Shown here: piece by piece, positions 25,081-38,335 of the stretch
Position numbering within the stretch: position 1 is the first letter of the stretch
Layout: each line of letters begins with the position of its first letter
Assembly (NCBI RefSeq): GCF_001194135.2
Contig: NC_069006.1
Span: 6,725,688 to 6,789,687 of the forward strand
Length of the DNA: 64,000 nt
Source of the DNA: Octopus bimaculoides
Taxonomy: Eukaryota
Reading direction: 5' to 3'
Made by a program: the position numbers and the translations under genes
The notes under the pieces: model-generated
Database searches by the model: none
Told to the model about the DNA's origin: nothing
Seen by the model: only the letters and a program-made list of their open reading frames with translations

Positions 25081-28029
25081 TAAGGAAGACTGAGTGAAAA
25101 GTGCTGTGTTTTTTGTTTTTTTAATGGAGAGACAAGACTACAAATGCTGATATTTGATAATCCTTCAGAACAGTGTGAAATGAAATTTTATCAAATATTT
25201 AACTTCAATGAGTTTTTAAATAAGCAGAAAAATTTTTTTAATGCTTATACATGTTTAAATGTTTTCTTATCTTTTTTTTTTTTTTTTTTATACAAAACAG
25301 GAACCATGTACTGATCCAAATTTTAAGTTAACACAGACATCATCAATTGAAGTACATTTCAGAAACTTGATATGAGAAAATTTTGGTTCCATAGTTCTTC
25401 AAATTAAAACTCAACATTTGTAAATAACATTAGTTTCTTTCCTTACTTCAAAGCTAATCTCACTCAATTAGTCATACCTTCAGCTGTTTTAAGAGGTAGC
25501 TTGGATTATTGATTCTTTATTACCTACTTACAATTATGGAAAATGAATAAATCAGTTTTTGCTTTCATAAAAAAATATATATATATTTCTTTTATCAGTA
25601 ATGATAAAAGCTGAACTTATGTTCAAAGTAGTTGTCTTATTTATTGCTAAAAACAAAAAAAAATCCAAGTACTCAACTAGCAACTATTTCGCATTAATGC
25701 AATAGTATTTGGTATTCTAGTAGAATTGTAGGAAAATCTAATCTAAAGCAATGCTATGGTTTAAAATATCTAGACTAGTTATACAGTCACTGGCTTTTTG
25801 ACAAATCAACTGGCGTTGTAATGCAAAGACTCTAGAGCAGAAATAAAAACAATTTCTATTGTGTGCATGTACACACACATGTATGGTTTAAAAATTAGGT
25901 TAAAACTGAAATTATAAAATAATGTTTTTAAAATTTGGTCCTATTTGTAGCTATTAATAAGAATAAATAAACCAAGAGCTTAGTGAAGAAATTTCACAAA
26001 TTTTCTTAATTTTTTTGATAGTTATTAATATTTGCATCACTAAGAATAATAATAATATTTAAGTAGCTCAATTACTGTTGATATTCAATCTCAAATAATA
26101 ATAATTTTTTCCACAATTATCATTGTTAAAATATTTGAATGAGGATTATTGCAGTCTACTTCTAGAATATTTAAATATGAAGTGAAATTTCTATATATAT
26201 AATTTTAATATTTATCAAAATGATTGCATACACACAATAGAAGGGTACAAGCTAGATACACAAGTTTAATTGCTTTAAAATAATATCAATGGGAGGTAAC
26301 TCCTAAAAGCATCATTATTATTTGGGCCAACTAAAGTGAAGGCAGGGAATCTTTTTTCATGTTGAAAGCCAAACTGAAGTTAACTGCCATTTGACAAGGC
26401 CACATTTCAAAATAAAGAAAAATAGAAATTATTTTGTTAAACTTTATAATATACAATTATTCACAAAAACTTTAAAAAGGCAGACTTGTAGGTTAAGATC
26501 CCCACCATAACTTGATTTTTTTTCCTTCTTTATTTGAAAATTTCTTCAGATTTTTGCTTTAAATGTAACTATGCTTTACTTTAAACAAATAATTACAAGT
26601 GTAGATAAAGAAATACAAATAGGTATTTCCAAAATGCCCAATTAGTTGTAAAAATAGACTAAAATTAAATCAACAAAAATGTATTCCAAAGATGATACTC
26701 CTTTAAGAAGACTACCTTTAACCCTACAAATGGCCAGATGCAAACTTAAGGCTATAGGTTCCCACCTCTGAAGTAAAGTGTAAAAAGAAATAGTTAAGTC
26801 AGATGCATTAAAAAACTATACATATATGATAAGGTTTTTAAAAAATAGCCAAAAACCACTATTTTAATTAATTCAACAGGTACGGGAGACAATTCTGGAT
26901 ATGTTTTGCCTTATTATGACTTCATCAGCAAAACAGACTTCATACTTGCCAAAATATAGAATCATTCAGTAAAAGTTGTCTTCAAGCTGTCATAACCGAG
27001 ATGTGTCACACAATACTGTGCCAAGAACCTTTGCTCTCCCACCCATCCCCCACCCATTAGCTTCAGTAGTTCCTCAGTTTCATGTTGTGTGTCTCAGCCA
27101 ATACCATCAATAGAGTTGAAGGGTCTTCATCCTTAATTATGGTGCTAAACTTTCCAAAATACAACATCCAGTATAGCTTTTTGTTCAATCCAATACCAGT
27201 GGCCTATAAAGCCTACCTTGTGTGGGGCAATAGTAGTAGAGATGAGAATAATGTAGCCATGAATCTCATCTCTGGTTTTGTGTTCCCCCATGAGATACTT
27301 TAGAATGTTCCAAAATAAATGTACATAGGTGTTCACAGGTTGGCACAGAAATAAAATTGTTTGGAGATTAAATACTTCTGAACTTTTTGTTTGGGGAAAT
27401 ACTATTTAGTTTCTTATGTTTAATGGGCTTGCTCTAACTTTTTTTTTTTTTTTTTTTTTTTTTTTCTTTTAAAAAAGGCAAAATTTGTATTTTATGTCCT
27501 GTTTTAAACTAATTTTGAAGGATTTTGACAAACTGAAAGAATTCAACTATAAAAATGGTAGTGTGGTAGTTATGGTCAAAATTTTAAAAATAATAACTTT
27601 CATACTTAATTGAGAAAAACAACAATCATTCTGAGGTGTGAATATTTCCTGGGGCAAATGAAATGTTTTCATAAGTTAAATTAACATTAGTAATGAATTA
27701 TGAATTTTATTCTAATCATTTCTTCTTCCATATAGACTATATGATGAGGTATAAAGAAAGCAGCTGAACCATCCATCACTAGAATGGTCGTTAAGTGTGA
27801 AATCTGAGAAATATTACAGAAGCTAAGTTTAAACTTTATGCTTTGTTTCCTCAAATATTTAAAATACTTTTAATAATTTCCAATGAATAACAGAAAATCT
27901 ATGTTTCTTCAATTTTGGAAATAACTTTTAAGAACTAACTTGGTACCTAAATGTGTTTTGAGGTTTTATTGCAAAATGTATAATGTTTTGAGGTAGAAAT
28001 TGGATTTACATATACACATTTATATATAT

Positions 28030-28190
28030 ATAAATGTCCTGGGTATGACATTAAACTGCATCCAGTGGTGAGGTCCCTGTTCAGGAGCTCTGGAGTTGCT
28101 GGGTACATGGAGTAACCTCTTAATTACCATTACTCCCAGGTCTATTCTGACCAAGAATAGTAGTATTGATGTAGGAGAATGAAATCTCCA
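28030..28190 (+). repeat. Unclassified interspersed repeat fragment
   Basis: TGTCCTGGGTATGACATTAAACTGCATCC...CCATTACTCCCAGGTCTATTCTGACC, recalled as a common octopus repeat; single copy here. Confidence 0.45.
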
Positions 28191-28394
28191 AAATTAATAC
28201 CCTCTTCCAACATGCCCTAAGCCAGCATGGAAGGTTATGGCTGATGGAATAAACATGAGGTATGTCCAATAACAGAGATTCATAATATGGAGGCAAATAT
28301 CTCATGCTAGAGCACATTCTGCCATGGACAGAGATAGTGGGAAATGATGATGGTGATAATTATATGAGTGTGTGTATGAATATATATGTATAGA

Positions 28395-28430
<36 letters not shown>

Positions 28431-29118
28431 ATGGACTCAATTACAGCATATGAACATCCAGTTGTGTGCTTAACTGGACAACCTACATATCAAGTTACCA
28501 TGAGAATTGGTTGAATATTCCATAAATGAGAGTACCTGTAACGAAACTGTGTGTATAATAAGATAGGACTTTTGAATTATAGTTAGTGCCCATTCAATGG
28601 ACAGGTTCCTACAAACCAAATTAAACTCATAAGGCTGGGTTGGCCCAAGGACATGATAAAGACATGTACACAACTGCCGTGCAGTGGAATCAAACTCAAG
28701 GCCTTGTGGTTGCAAAGCAAACTTCTTAACCACTGAGCTATTCCTGGCTCTATGACATATATCATCATACAGCTATTTTTCCATACTTGTAGGGGTTGGA
28801 TCAGTACTATAGGCTCTCACCACTTGTTGCAGTCCTTCCTTATCTCTCACACACACACACACACACAGCAGAGAAAATAGCCAGTCTTTGTGTTTGAATA
28901 TATCTTTTTTGGCTGGTTTTAAAAGCTGGATGCTCTGCTTAACACCAGTAGCTTTTTCATCATTGACTTGTTGAATTCACAACTGAGTATTTCAGTGAGA
29001 AAACTAAGGAGTCAATTGTACTCTGCTGTCTTTTGCAGGCTGCTTTTGCTCACCTTGAGGAGCTCATGTCTTCCCCATGCAAGTGAGGTCCTAAGCTGTC
29101 AATATTAGTGGAAAGAGG

Positions 29119-29351
29119 AAGGCAGCAAGATAGTAGAATCATTAACATGCCAGGTGAAATGCTAAGCAAAATTTCGTCTGTCTTTATGTTCTGAGTTCAA
29201 ATTCTGCCATGGTTGACTTTGCCTTTCATTTTTTTTTTTTTTTGTGGGTTGATAATTAAGTACCAGTTGATTAATGAGTTGGTGGGGAGGGGTTGATGTA
29301 ATCAGCTTACTCTTCTCCCAAAATTACTGGCTCTGTTCCAAAATTTGAAAC
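29119..29351 (+). mobile_element. Family M SINE with 19-bp TSD
   Basis: CAATATTAGTGGAAAGAGG at 29100-29118 and 29352-29370. Confidence 0.9.
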
Positions 29352-30050
29352 CAATATTAGTGGAAAGAGGGACAAGGTTGTCAATGTTCAGTAGAGTGAG
29401 ATCCATTACTATTTATTTTGGTGGGGAAGGTAGGTGTTCCTAGGTAGTCAGTTTTGTTGGGGGAAGGAAAGAAATAATTTTTAGGTTGATTTTGGTGGAA
29501 GGATATGGAAGGTAGGCAAACAAACTACAAAATCAATAATGCAGTTTGCCTACCATTCTAATTTCCTACAAATTTCATAGACTTAATAATGAAAAATTCT
29601 AAATATATATTATAAAATTTAAAATATATATATAACACAATTGATGGTTTGATTTTCATTCTGTAAAAATTCCATATATGGAAAGGAGTAAGAAACCCTC
29701 AAAAAACATGCCAAAGGTGAAGCATAAAGAAATTGTTTGCTTGTTTTCCTCTCCTCCTAATATATTATGAAATAAAGCTCAAAGTGAAAATTAATGTGTT
29801 AATAAAGCTGAACAAATAGATAATGTTATAAATGAAGTTAATAAAATTTTGTGAAGAACAGGAAAACTATGTTACAGCATTTTGTATTTCTATTTTTCCT
29901 TTTGATTTTGAAACATTTTAAATATAGTAGTAAGACCGGAATATTAGCATTTACATTGATATATGAAATGCTACATAAAACAATGAATTAAAAGCATGCT
30001 ACTTTATAATAGTTGATGACTCCCATTTTAAAGTGTAAAACTGTCATTTG

Positions 30051-30093
<43 letters not shown>

Positions 30094-32961
30094 CCTCTCT
30101 CTCTCTCTCCCCTCTCTCTCCATTTCATGATTTCTTTAGTTTAAATTCCAATATTTAATATTAATATTCTAAATATTCATAAATGTAATTTGCAGTTAGG
30201 TTTTATTTACAGCCAATCCTTTTAAGTCAATCTTCACTATCGTATAACAGATCGTTTTCCCTTACCTTATCTCAGTTTTAGCTAAAATTCTATGAAAATT
30301 TCCATTTCATTTTCAACCCAATGAGCTTTTTAGTTACATATATTGTTGCTGTATGCTACGGATTTTGAAATAATAATTCAAAAGGTACTGTGTAAGAGCA
30401 GCTGGGTTCTTAAATATGTTCTGGAGAGATTAAAATATTACGTCCAAACACCAAAACAAATCCTACATCATTCCACTGTCATAGTTGGTAGCCAGGCAGT
30501 TGGATTTACAAAAAGTAAAAATACCAACACAATTTGTGCAAGTATATGTTGTGGAATCATATTATTCATGCTAATATTGAGGTGGGAAGGATATTTTTAA
30601 TCTGTCCAACACAGTTTATGATGTTTTGTTCAATAAACAATCCTGGATCAGTTTTAAAGCTGATTGGCAAACATGCAAATCATGGCAGACTTAATTATCC
30701 CTTAAGCTTACAACACTTGTATATTGGAATCTTTCCTGATTTTTGGCAGGAAGCATACGAAAAATACTAACAATAAAAACCCTGGAAGCTTTAGAGATGA
30801 TAAATACATTTGTGATTTGCATATATTCACTAGACTAAGTTTAAGTTTGAATTTGCTCATCTCCTTTTTTCTGTTTTTTTGTATTTTGCTGAAGCATTTT
30901 TCTCTTTTCCTTTGTATGGATTTTACAAACAATTCCTATAGTGATTCATGCAAAGATATTGAATTTGAAAGCCTTTCAAGTTGGCAGTATTGTTGGCTAT
31001 ATAAACATTGATCCAAACTTTTGAATTAATTATATAACGTTGATGTTGGTTTTCATGAGCAAACTGATTCTAGACGCAATGATTCAAACAAAAGTTTCGA
31101 TTTTAAGCCTTAGACACCCAATCTATTCTCTGATGTTATGAGCCTATTCACTAAAATTATAGTGCGATGTTACAAAACTACCATAACTAAAACACACAAC
31201 AAATGATTCTAAACTAGACTCATCCATCTCATCGGTTTTAATGACAACCATGTTTACTCATGCCATAAAAAAATACACTTTAATGTTGAATAGGGGAAAT
31301 TTTTTTTGCATTATTTTTCCAGTTGGTTTTCATTGTTATTTCTGGATCTCATTTTTCTTGCTGCTTTTTTCAAAATATATCTTATAAAACCACTTTTTAT
31401 ATCCAATATTTTTATAGTGAATAAATTTTCTTAAAACCATATCTTAAAATGGATTTCTATTGTTCAGCCTGATATCTTTTTTTCAGCATATGTTGTCTTC
31501 CATGGAATATACAGTTTACATGATAATTCTTCCAAAATCATTTTTCATTTATTTCTATATCCAGACTATTCTATATCTGCTGATTTATTATATCAATGGG
31601 AAGGTGCAGCTTGTCATGCACAGCTTTTGAAAGATATAAACATGTATAAAATGAACATTAAGCTTTCACTGGGGACCAACCTTCCTTCAACCTTCTGCAG
31701 CATATTTGTATTGTAAGTTTTCTGTGTCAGCAAAATTGTAAGACCTATCAAATATATTTATATTTAGTATTGATTCATTGAATCATGCTTGAGTAGGAAA
31801 CCATATGCTAATATCTACTTATACACTCCATCACTTCATCTATTATCTAACTATTTTCTTATCTGTTATGCTGCCAGATAGGTAACACAGTAAACGTTCA
31901 GTGCCTTCTCAACAGTAAAGCAGATACTTTAGATGAGAATCAGAGTCATCTAAGCATTCGGCCACATAAATTCCCTGGGAATTTTTTTTCTTTCTGTGTA
32001 AGTGGGGAGTCTATAAAGTTCTATAATTTTTCACTCCCTTAAATGAAAAAAATAGCAAAATGGAACACTGCACAGTTAAAACATCACTCAAAAAAGACAA
32101 AAAAAGAGGGGGGAATTCAAATGGATCATGATCATGATTATGGGATATAGGACAAAAGGACAAATCACTGTCATAAATCTACCTTGGAGTATATCTAACT
32201 TGGCAAAAGCATGCACAAATACTTGAAAAATACTTGATTGATATCCCACCCAAAAATAGGTGGACACAAAATACTTCCTATACCACCTGAATTTAAACTT
32301 AAATTTAAATTTTCTTTACCTTGACAGATTAAGAAACATGAATTCTAACATTATTTTTATTTCTTGTTAGCTTTTCCCTTTCTTCCTTACTTTCTCTTTC
32401 TTTGCTTAATTTAGAATGAAGACAATAACCTAAATATATGATAAACAATATAATGAATTGTCTCTCTCTTAGTGTCAACTGATGAATCACATTCATGCTG
32501 AAACATCAAAGATACAGTTATAGAAGAAAATATGGAACATCAAATAAATTTCACTTCGACTGTATAGATATATATTTTTCACTTTACTTTCTTTACTCCC
32601 TTACAAACACTCATATTTAATAGAATCATCGAATGTAAGTATATCCATTTTGGGTTCTCTATAATGTATTTTGCTTGCAAAATGATCAGTTTGTATCTAT
32701 TTCCAAAACAATTCAATTGAAAGGTTTAAAGTTTTAGTCCAAGAAATTTTAGACAGCAAAACTTTTGAGAAATTTTGTTGTAGCTAACAAAAGAAACCAT
32801 ACAAATAATTGAACTAGTATAATTTATTTAGTACACATTAATTTTAAAAAAGGGCTGGCCCTAATCCAGATATGTATATATATATGTATATATGTAAACA
32901 TATGACACCTGAAATAATTGGGAAATATACCAAACACAATATAAATATTTTTTAATCAAAG

Positions 32962-33065
32962 GAGCAAGGGCAACATCTCTCAAAGTCTAGTAAAGGAAAG
33001 AGAAGAACTTAACTGTTTGAATGTTATGCTTGCAATAAAGGAAGCACCACAAAAGAAATACAAAG
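32962..33065 (+). CDS. Candidate internal exon (SKGNISQSLVKEREELNCLNVMLAIKEAPQKKYK), phase 2 to 1
   Basis: Perfect donor AAG|GTAAGT, weak acceptor TTTTTTAATCAAAG, one open frame. Confidence 0.25.
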
Positions 33066-33244
33066 GTAAGTTGGAGATGTTAAATTAGGCAACAGGTTAA
33101 TTCTACCATCTATGTTTGTTTTCAAATAACTACAAATCTTGAGGAGGATAAACATTGAGAATATAGTTCAAATTTCTTATTTGTTTTAGAATTAGAGGAG
33201 ACAGTAATGTTTATTATTGAAAACCTTCACCATTTGAAATATAT

Positions 33245-33516
33245 TTAACATGTTAACTGCCACAGCCTGGTACAGGAACTTCTGTGTGACACCACGTATT
33301 TCCGGTCACACTGCATACAAGGAAATGTAATTTGTTTTGCATTTTCACAATATTTCATAATTAAACTTTAATATTTAGCACTCCTTGAAACCATGTCAAA
33401 GATATAGAATAAAATATTTTCTCTAATTATGATAATGTAGCACTGGTTGTTCATGTGGGGGTTGTGTGAAGTTTGCAATGAACTGCTGGTGCTACATGTG
33501 GCAGTTAATGTGTTAA
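33245..33516 (+). mobile_element. TTAA-flanked MITE (piggyBac-like)
   Basis: TTAA|CATGTTAACTGCCACA ... TGTGGCAGTTAATGTG|TTAA. Confidence 0.75.
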
Positions 33517-33888
33517 GTTATTTATAAGTTGAAAAAAAAGATGGAGAAAAGATGGTGATGGTAGTGGATGTGGTCAATCTTCCAATCATACCACAAAAAA
33601 AAAAACTATATTTCCATTGGTTTTTTTCAAATTCCTAATACTATCTGTTAATCATAATTCCTAACAGAAGTGTTACTGTTTTTAGTAAGAGGGTGAGATT
33701 TGAATTCTGCTTGTACAGAGCCAAGCAAGAAACAGCAAGGAACCCTGTTCAATGCTCTAACAATTTTGCCAATGTCCACCATCCTGGGTAGTACTTTTTT
33801 CTTTTTTTTTTTGATCCCAAAAGAATGAAAGGCAAAGTTGACTTCAGTGGGATTTGAACTCAGAGCAAAGAGAGTTGGAACAAATATT

Positions 33889-34103
33889 CTTTTCTACTCT
33901 AGGCACAAGGCCTGAAATTTTGGGGGGAGGGGGCCAGTCGATTAGATTGACCCCAGTAGACAACAGGTACTTAATTTATCGACCCCGAAAGGATGAAAGG
34001 CAAAGTCAGCCTCGGTGGAATTTGAACTCAGGACGTAAAGACAGACAAAATATCACTAAGCATTTCGGCCAGCGTGCTAATGATTCTGCCAGCTCGCCAC
34101 CTT
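33889..34103 (-). mobile_element. Young family M SINE with 17-bp TSD, adjacent to an older family M remnant
   Basis: GAGTTGGAACAAATATT at 33872-33888 and 34104-34120; CpGs retained. Confidence 0.92.
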
Positions 34104-34160
34104 GAGTTGGAACAAATATTGCATCACTTTAATGATTCTTTGAATTCACCATCACTTTCT

Positions 34161-34391
34161 TCAATTTATAAATAACTTAACACATTAATTGCCACATGTA
34201 GCACCAGCAGTTCATTGCAAACTTCACACAACCCCCACATGAACGACCAGTGCTACATTATCATAATTTGAGAAAAATATTTTATTCTATATCATTGACA
34301 TGGTTTCAAGGAGTGCTAAATATTAACGTTTAATTATGAAATATTGTAAAAATGCAAAACAAATTACATTTCCTTGTATGCAGTGTGACCG
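34161..34391 (-). repeat. Inverted copy of 33303-33532, running into a gap
   Basis: Reverse-complement match with few substitutions over about 230 bp. Confidence 0.9.
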
Positions 34392-35053
34392 NNNNNNNNN
34401 NNNNNNNNNNNNNNNNNNNNNNNNNNNNNNNNNNNNNNNNNNNNNNNNNNNNNNNNNNNNNNNNNNNNNNNNNNNNNNNNNNNNNNNNNNNNNNNNNNNN
34501 NNNNNNNNNNNNNNNNNNNNNNNNNNNNNNNNNNNNNNNNNNNNNNNNNNNNNNNNNNNNNNNNNNNNNNNNNNNNNNNNNNNNNNNNNNNNNNNNNNNN
34601 NNNNNNNNNNNNNNNNNNNNNNNNNNNNNNNNNNNNNNNNNNNNNNNNNNNNNNNNNNNNNNNNNNNNNNNNNNNNNNNNNNNNNNNNNNNNNNNNNNNN
34701 NNNNNNNNNNNNNNNNNNNNNNNNNNNNNNNNNNNNNNNNNNNNNNNNNNNNNNNNNNNNNNNNNNNNNNNNNNNNNNNNNNNNNNNNNNNNNNNNNNNN
34801 NNNNNNNNNNNNNNNNNNNNNNNNNNNNNNNNNNNNNNNNNNNNNNNNNNNNNNNNNNNNNNNNNNNNNNNNNNNNNNNNNNNNNNNNNNNNNNNNNNTA
34901 ATTACAGACAAATCATGATATCAAATAATCTTGCTGGAGCAAATTAATATCCTATATACAGACAGGACCTAACAGGTGTTTTCTCTTCAAAACATGCCAT
35001 GATTTCACAAATGGTAATAACAAACAACAAAACAAACCAATTAAATAGTAACA

Positions 35054-35054
35054 A

Positions 35055-35103
<49 letters not shown>
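35054..35103. repeat. (TAG)n microsatellite
   Basis: Directly visible. Confidence 0.97.
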
Positions 35104-36059
35104 TAATAAAAAAAGAGAATTCCTATGGCTTCATTAAAGCTTTATTAATATCAATCTGGACAGGGTGATATGACTAAATATCAGAAAATTAAATGCTTTC
35201 AGGAAAAATTGATACAGTCAATAATTATTGGTAGTAGCTTTGTTTGTAAAATTTTAATATTCATTGATTGGNNNNNNNNNNTGTTGTGGGGTGTTGTGGG
35301 GCGGAGTGGAGGTGAAAAAAAACACCACATGACTTTTTCCTAAAGTAGTACATTAAATGTTGATTACTTTATACTCAAATACAGAGACGACTTCTCCATT
35401 CTCTGGTTGGTTTCTAAAGCAAGACAGATTACATAAACGACTATTCTATTGGTGAACACCAGGAAGCATTCTTGTACATTTAACAAATGCTTTTAGATTT
35501 GTTTATTGTATGTGCACCAAGGCACATGGTTGATTAAGTACAATTATTTCCTAAACGTTAAAAACAATTTTTTGGTGGTTTTATTTTGATTTTGTTCTTT
35601 TTTAATTCATTGTTTGTCTCTTCAGTAACAATAAGAAGAGCTCCATGATGATAACAGTAGCCTACTACCATGTCCCAGCAAATAGAACAATCAATAATAT
35701 CAAATATATATAAAAAGAAAATCAATGCCAAGAATGAGAAATATGAAAGAAGAGTTTCCAATTATATTTCAATATATTGGTGACAACTTTAACAAATCTT
35801 TGAGAGGAAATGAAAAGAAATATATTAAATATTTTAAACAATAAATTGTTGAAATTCTGGTCTATGAGCCAACAAGGAGAGGCCTTTATGTGGATGCTTG
35901 ACTTGCTAGAAACAGCAGTCATTTATCCCTCAAGTCACACTGTCTTAAACAAGGAAGGATACATACTAAAAAATGTAATATTAGATATATAAAAAATTAG
36001 GAATATCATAACTGGAATGCTTTTGGCCATAGGTTTATTTGATTAGAATTAAGTTAGGG

Positions 36060-36781
36060 TTAAATAACAACAACAAGAATTTGCTCCCCAACCACATGAT
36101 TTCCAGTTCAGGTCCACAGCATGATACCTTGAGCATTACAACCTCAGACTGATCAATGCCTTGTGAGTAGATTTGGTAGATGGAAACTGAAAGAAGCCCA
36201 CTCTATATCACTCTCAATGCCCTCTCATATCTACTATCACACCTCACTTACCATAGCTCCCTAAGCCACTCCTATATCTCTCATCACTCACCACATGCAC
36301 CTCTACCCCCACCTTTCCCCTTTATCCACCTCATCCCCTGTGATCCAGCATCCCACCACCACTTCTGTCTTCTTTCCAGCTTTCTCAACTACTTCATGTC
36401 TTTATAACAAGCCCCTTGTTCTTCCATTATACTCATGCCTCTCACCATCTGGCTAAGACCCATCACCTCTCTGCCTCTCAAATACTAATGCCCTCCCTTA
36501 GAGGTAAAAAGGCTTTTTCCTCCTTTTCCTTCCCTACTTTTTTTTCCTCCTTCTTCTTGTTTCTTACTCTGCAAGTTATTTGGCAAACTTGCTAGTGCCA
36601 GTGGCACAAAATAAAGCACCCAGTACACTCTGTAAACTAGTTGACATTAGGAAGGGTATCCAGCCATTGGAACCATGCCAAAGCAGACATTGGGGCTTGG
36701 CATGGCCTTACAGCTCATCAGATTCTATCAAACTGACCAGTCCATGCCAGCATTGAAAAAAGACATTAAATGTGATGATGT
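36060..36781 (+). mobile_element. Composite SINE: family C head, pyrimidine-rich middle, RTE-type tail ending in TGATGATG
   Basis: Head CCCAACCACATGATTTCCAGTTCAGG; GATGGAAACTGAAAGAAGCCC; tail AGGAAGGGTATCCAGCC...CCATGCCAGCATTG...ATTAAATGTGATGATG. Confidence 0.7.
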
Positions 36782-36784
36782 ATA

Positions 36785-37301
36785 CAGGCTATCCCAAAAA
36801 GATGTACTCACTCTTTGACAGACGATTACTAATGTAAACAACAAATCTAAACAAATGGATTGGGAGGATAGGTAGCGTTGAATTTCCTGCATGTTACCCA
36901 GACCTCACGCCAATGGATTTTTTTTTTATGGGGACATCTCAAAGATAAGGTTTACACTGCAAAACCAGTGACAATTGATGATTTGAAAAATGAAATTTGA
37001 ATACAATGTCTTGCAATTCAAAATGAAATGTTTGGCAATGTTGTTGAATCCATTGTTGGACATTATCAGTTTTGTTTGGAAAATGAAGGAAGACAGTTTG
37101 AACATTTGCGAACATGCAGGAATGAGAGAGAACGTTAAATAATTCTAAATGACAATAAATAATCATTGCTACAACAATTTATTTTCCTGAATTTAATTTA
37201 AATTTTTAGGATTGTATGTATATCAATAAACATCTACTTGAACACAAAATGCATGAGTACTGGGAAGTCAAAGAGTGAGTACATCTTTTTGGGACACCCT
37301 G
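36785..37301 (+). mobile_element. Internally deleted Tc1/mariner element (DD37D/DD41D-like transposase C-terminus)
   Basis: TA TSDs; 35-bp TIRs CAGGCTATCCCAAAAAGATGTACTCACTCTTTGAC with 2 mismatches between ends; remnant WIGR..PDLTPMDFF.WGHLKDKVY..GRQFEHL. Confidence 0.92.
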
Positions 37302-37861
37302 TATATATGTGTATGTGTTACTGTCTCCTTTCCTACATGTGATAGTTGTAAGCGAGTGTCACTGTCATACAAACAGTGTCCTTTGTTCTCAATCTTCCAT
37401 GAAAATAAGTCTGTTTGTGGGAAAATATTAATTTAGTTGGAAAAAGCTGAGGGTTGGTGACAAGAAGAGCATCCAGCGAAAGAAAATCTGCCTCAACAAA
37501 TTCCATCCAGCTCATGCAAGCATAGAAAAGTGAACATTAAAATGATGATGATGAACAAGAGAAGCATTGTACGTGAAGCCTCAACTCAAATATGTGACTA
37601 GAAACTTGAGTCTAAAATAACTGAAATGACAGGGGTTGAACTCTGATCACTCAGGTAACACACAAAACACTGTAACAACAAACATAAAACACTGCCAAGG
37701 TTACTTTTTAGTTCTTTTACTTGTGCCAGTCATTAGATTGTAGCCTTAACCACTTCAGCCCATGTCTTCCTGGGTGTCCCTCTTACACAAGTTCCAGCCA
37801 CATATGGCAATTGGCACTTCTTTATACAAGCACTTTCAGAACTCAGTTTTGTTGATGAGTG

Positions 37862-37901
<40 letters not shown>

Positions 37902-37938
37902 TTCATTCATTTGTTCAAACCAGTGCTGCTCAGTTTCT

Positions 37939-38173
37939 TATTTCTTTACTGCCCACAAGGGGCTACACAAAGAGGGGACAAACAAGGACAGACAAAGGGA
38001 TTAAGTCGATTACATTGACCCCAGTGCGTAACTGGTACTTAATTTATCGACCCTGAAAGGATGAACGGCAAAGTCAACCTCAGCAGAATTTGAACTCAAA
38101 ACGTAATGGCAGACGAAATACCACTAAGCATTTCGCCCGGCATGCTAACGTTTCTGTCAGCTTGCCGCCTTAA
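37939..38173 (-). mobile_element. Family M SINE variant with 15-bp TSD
   Basis: TGCTGCTCAGTTTCT at 37924-37938 and 38174-38188; alternative tail GTAAAGAAATA on the minus strand. Confidence 0.9.
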
Positions 38174-38204
38174 TGCTGCTCAGTTTCTGCTTACTGATTT
38201 CACT

Positions 38205-38335
38205 CACAAAATGTTAGCAAGCCCAAGGTTATATTGTTAGAAAACAGCTGCTCAAGATGCCATGCAGAGGGATTGAAACCAAGACCATGTGGTTGTGAAG
38301 TAAACTTCTTGACCACACAGCTATGCCTTTGACTA
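38205..38335 (-). mobile_element. Family C SINE head fragment. Another at about 28640-28750
   Basis: GGATTGAAACCAAGACCATGTGGTTG...GACCACACAGCTATGCC. Confidence 0.75.
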
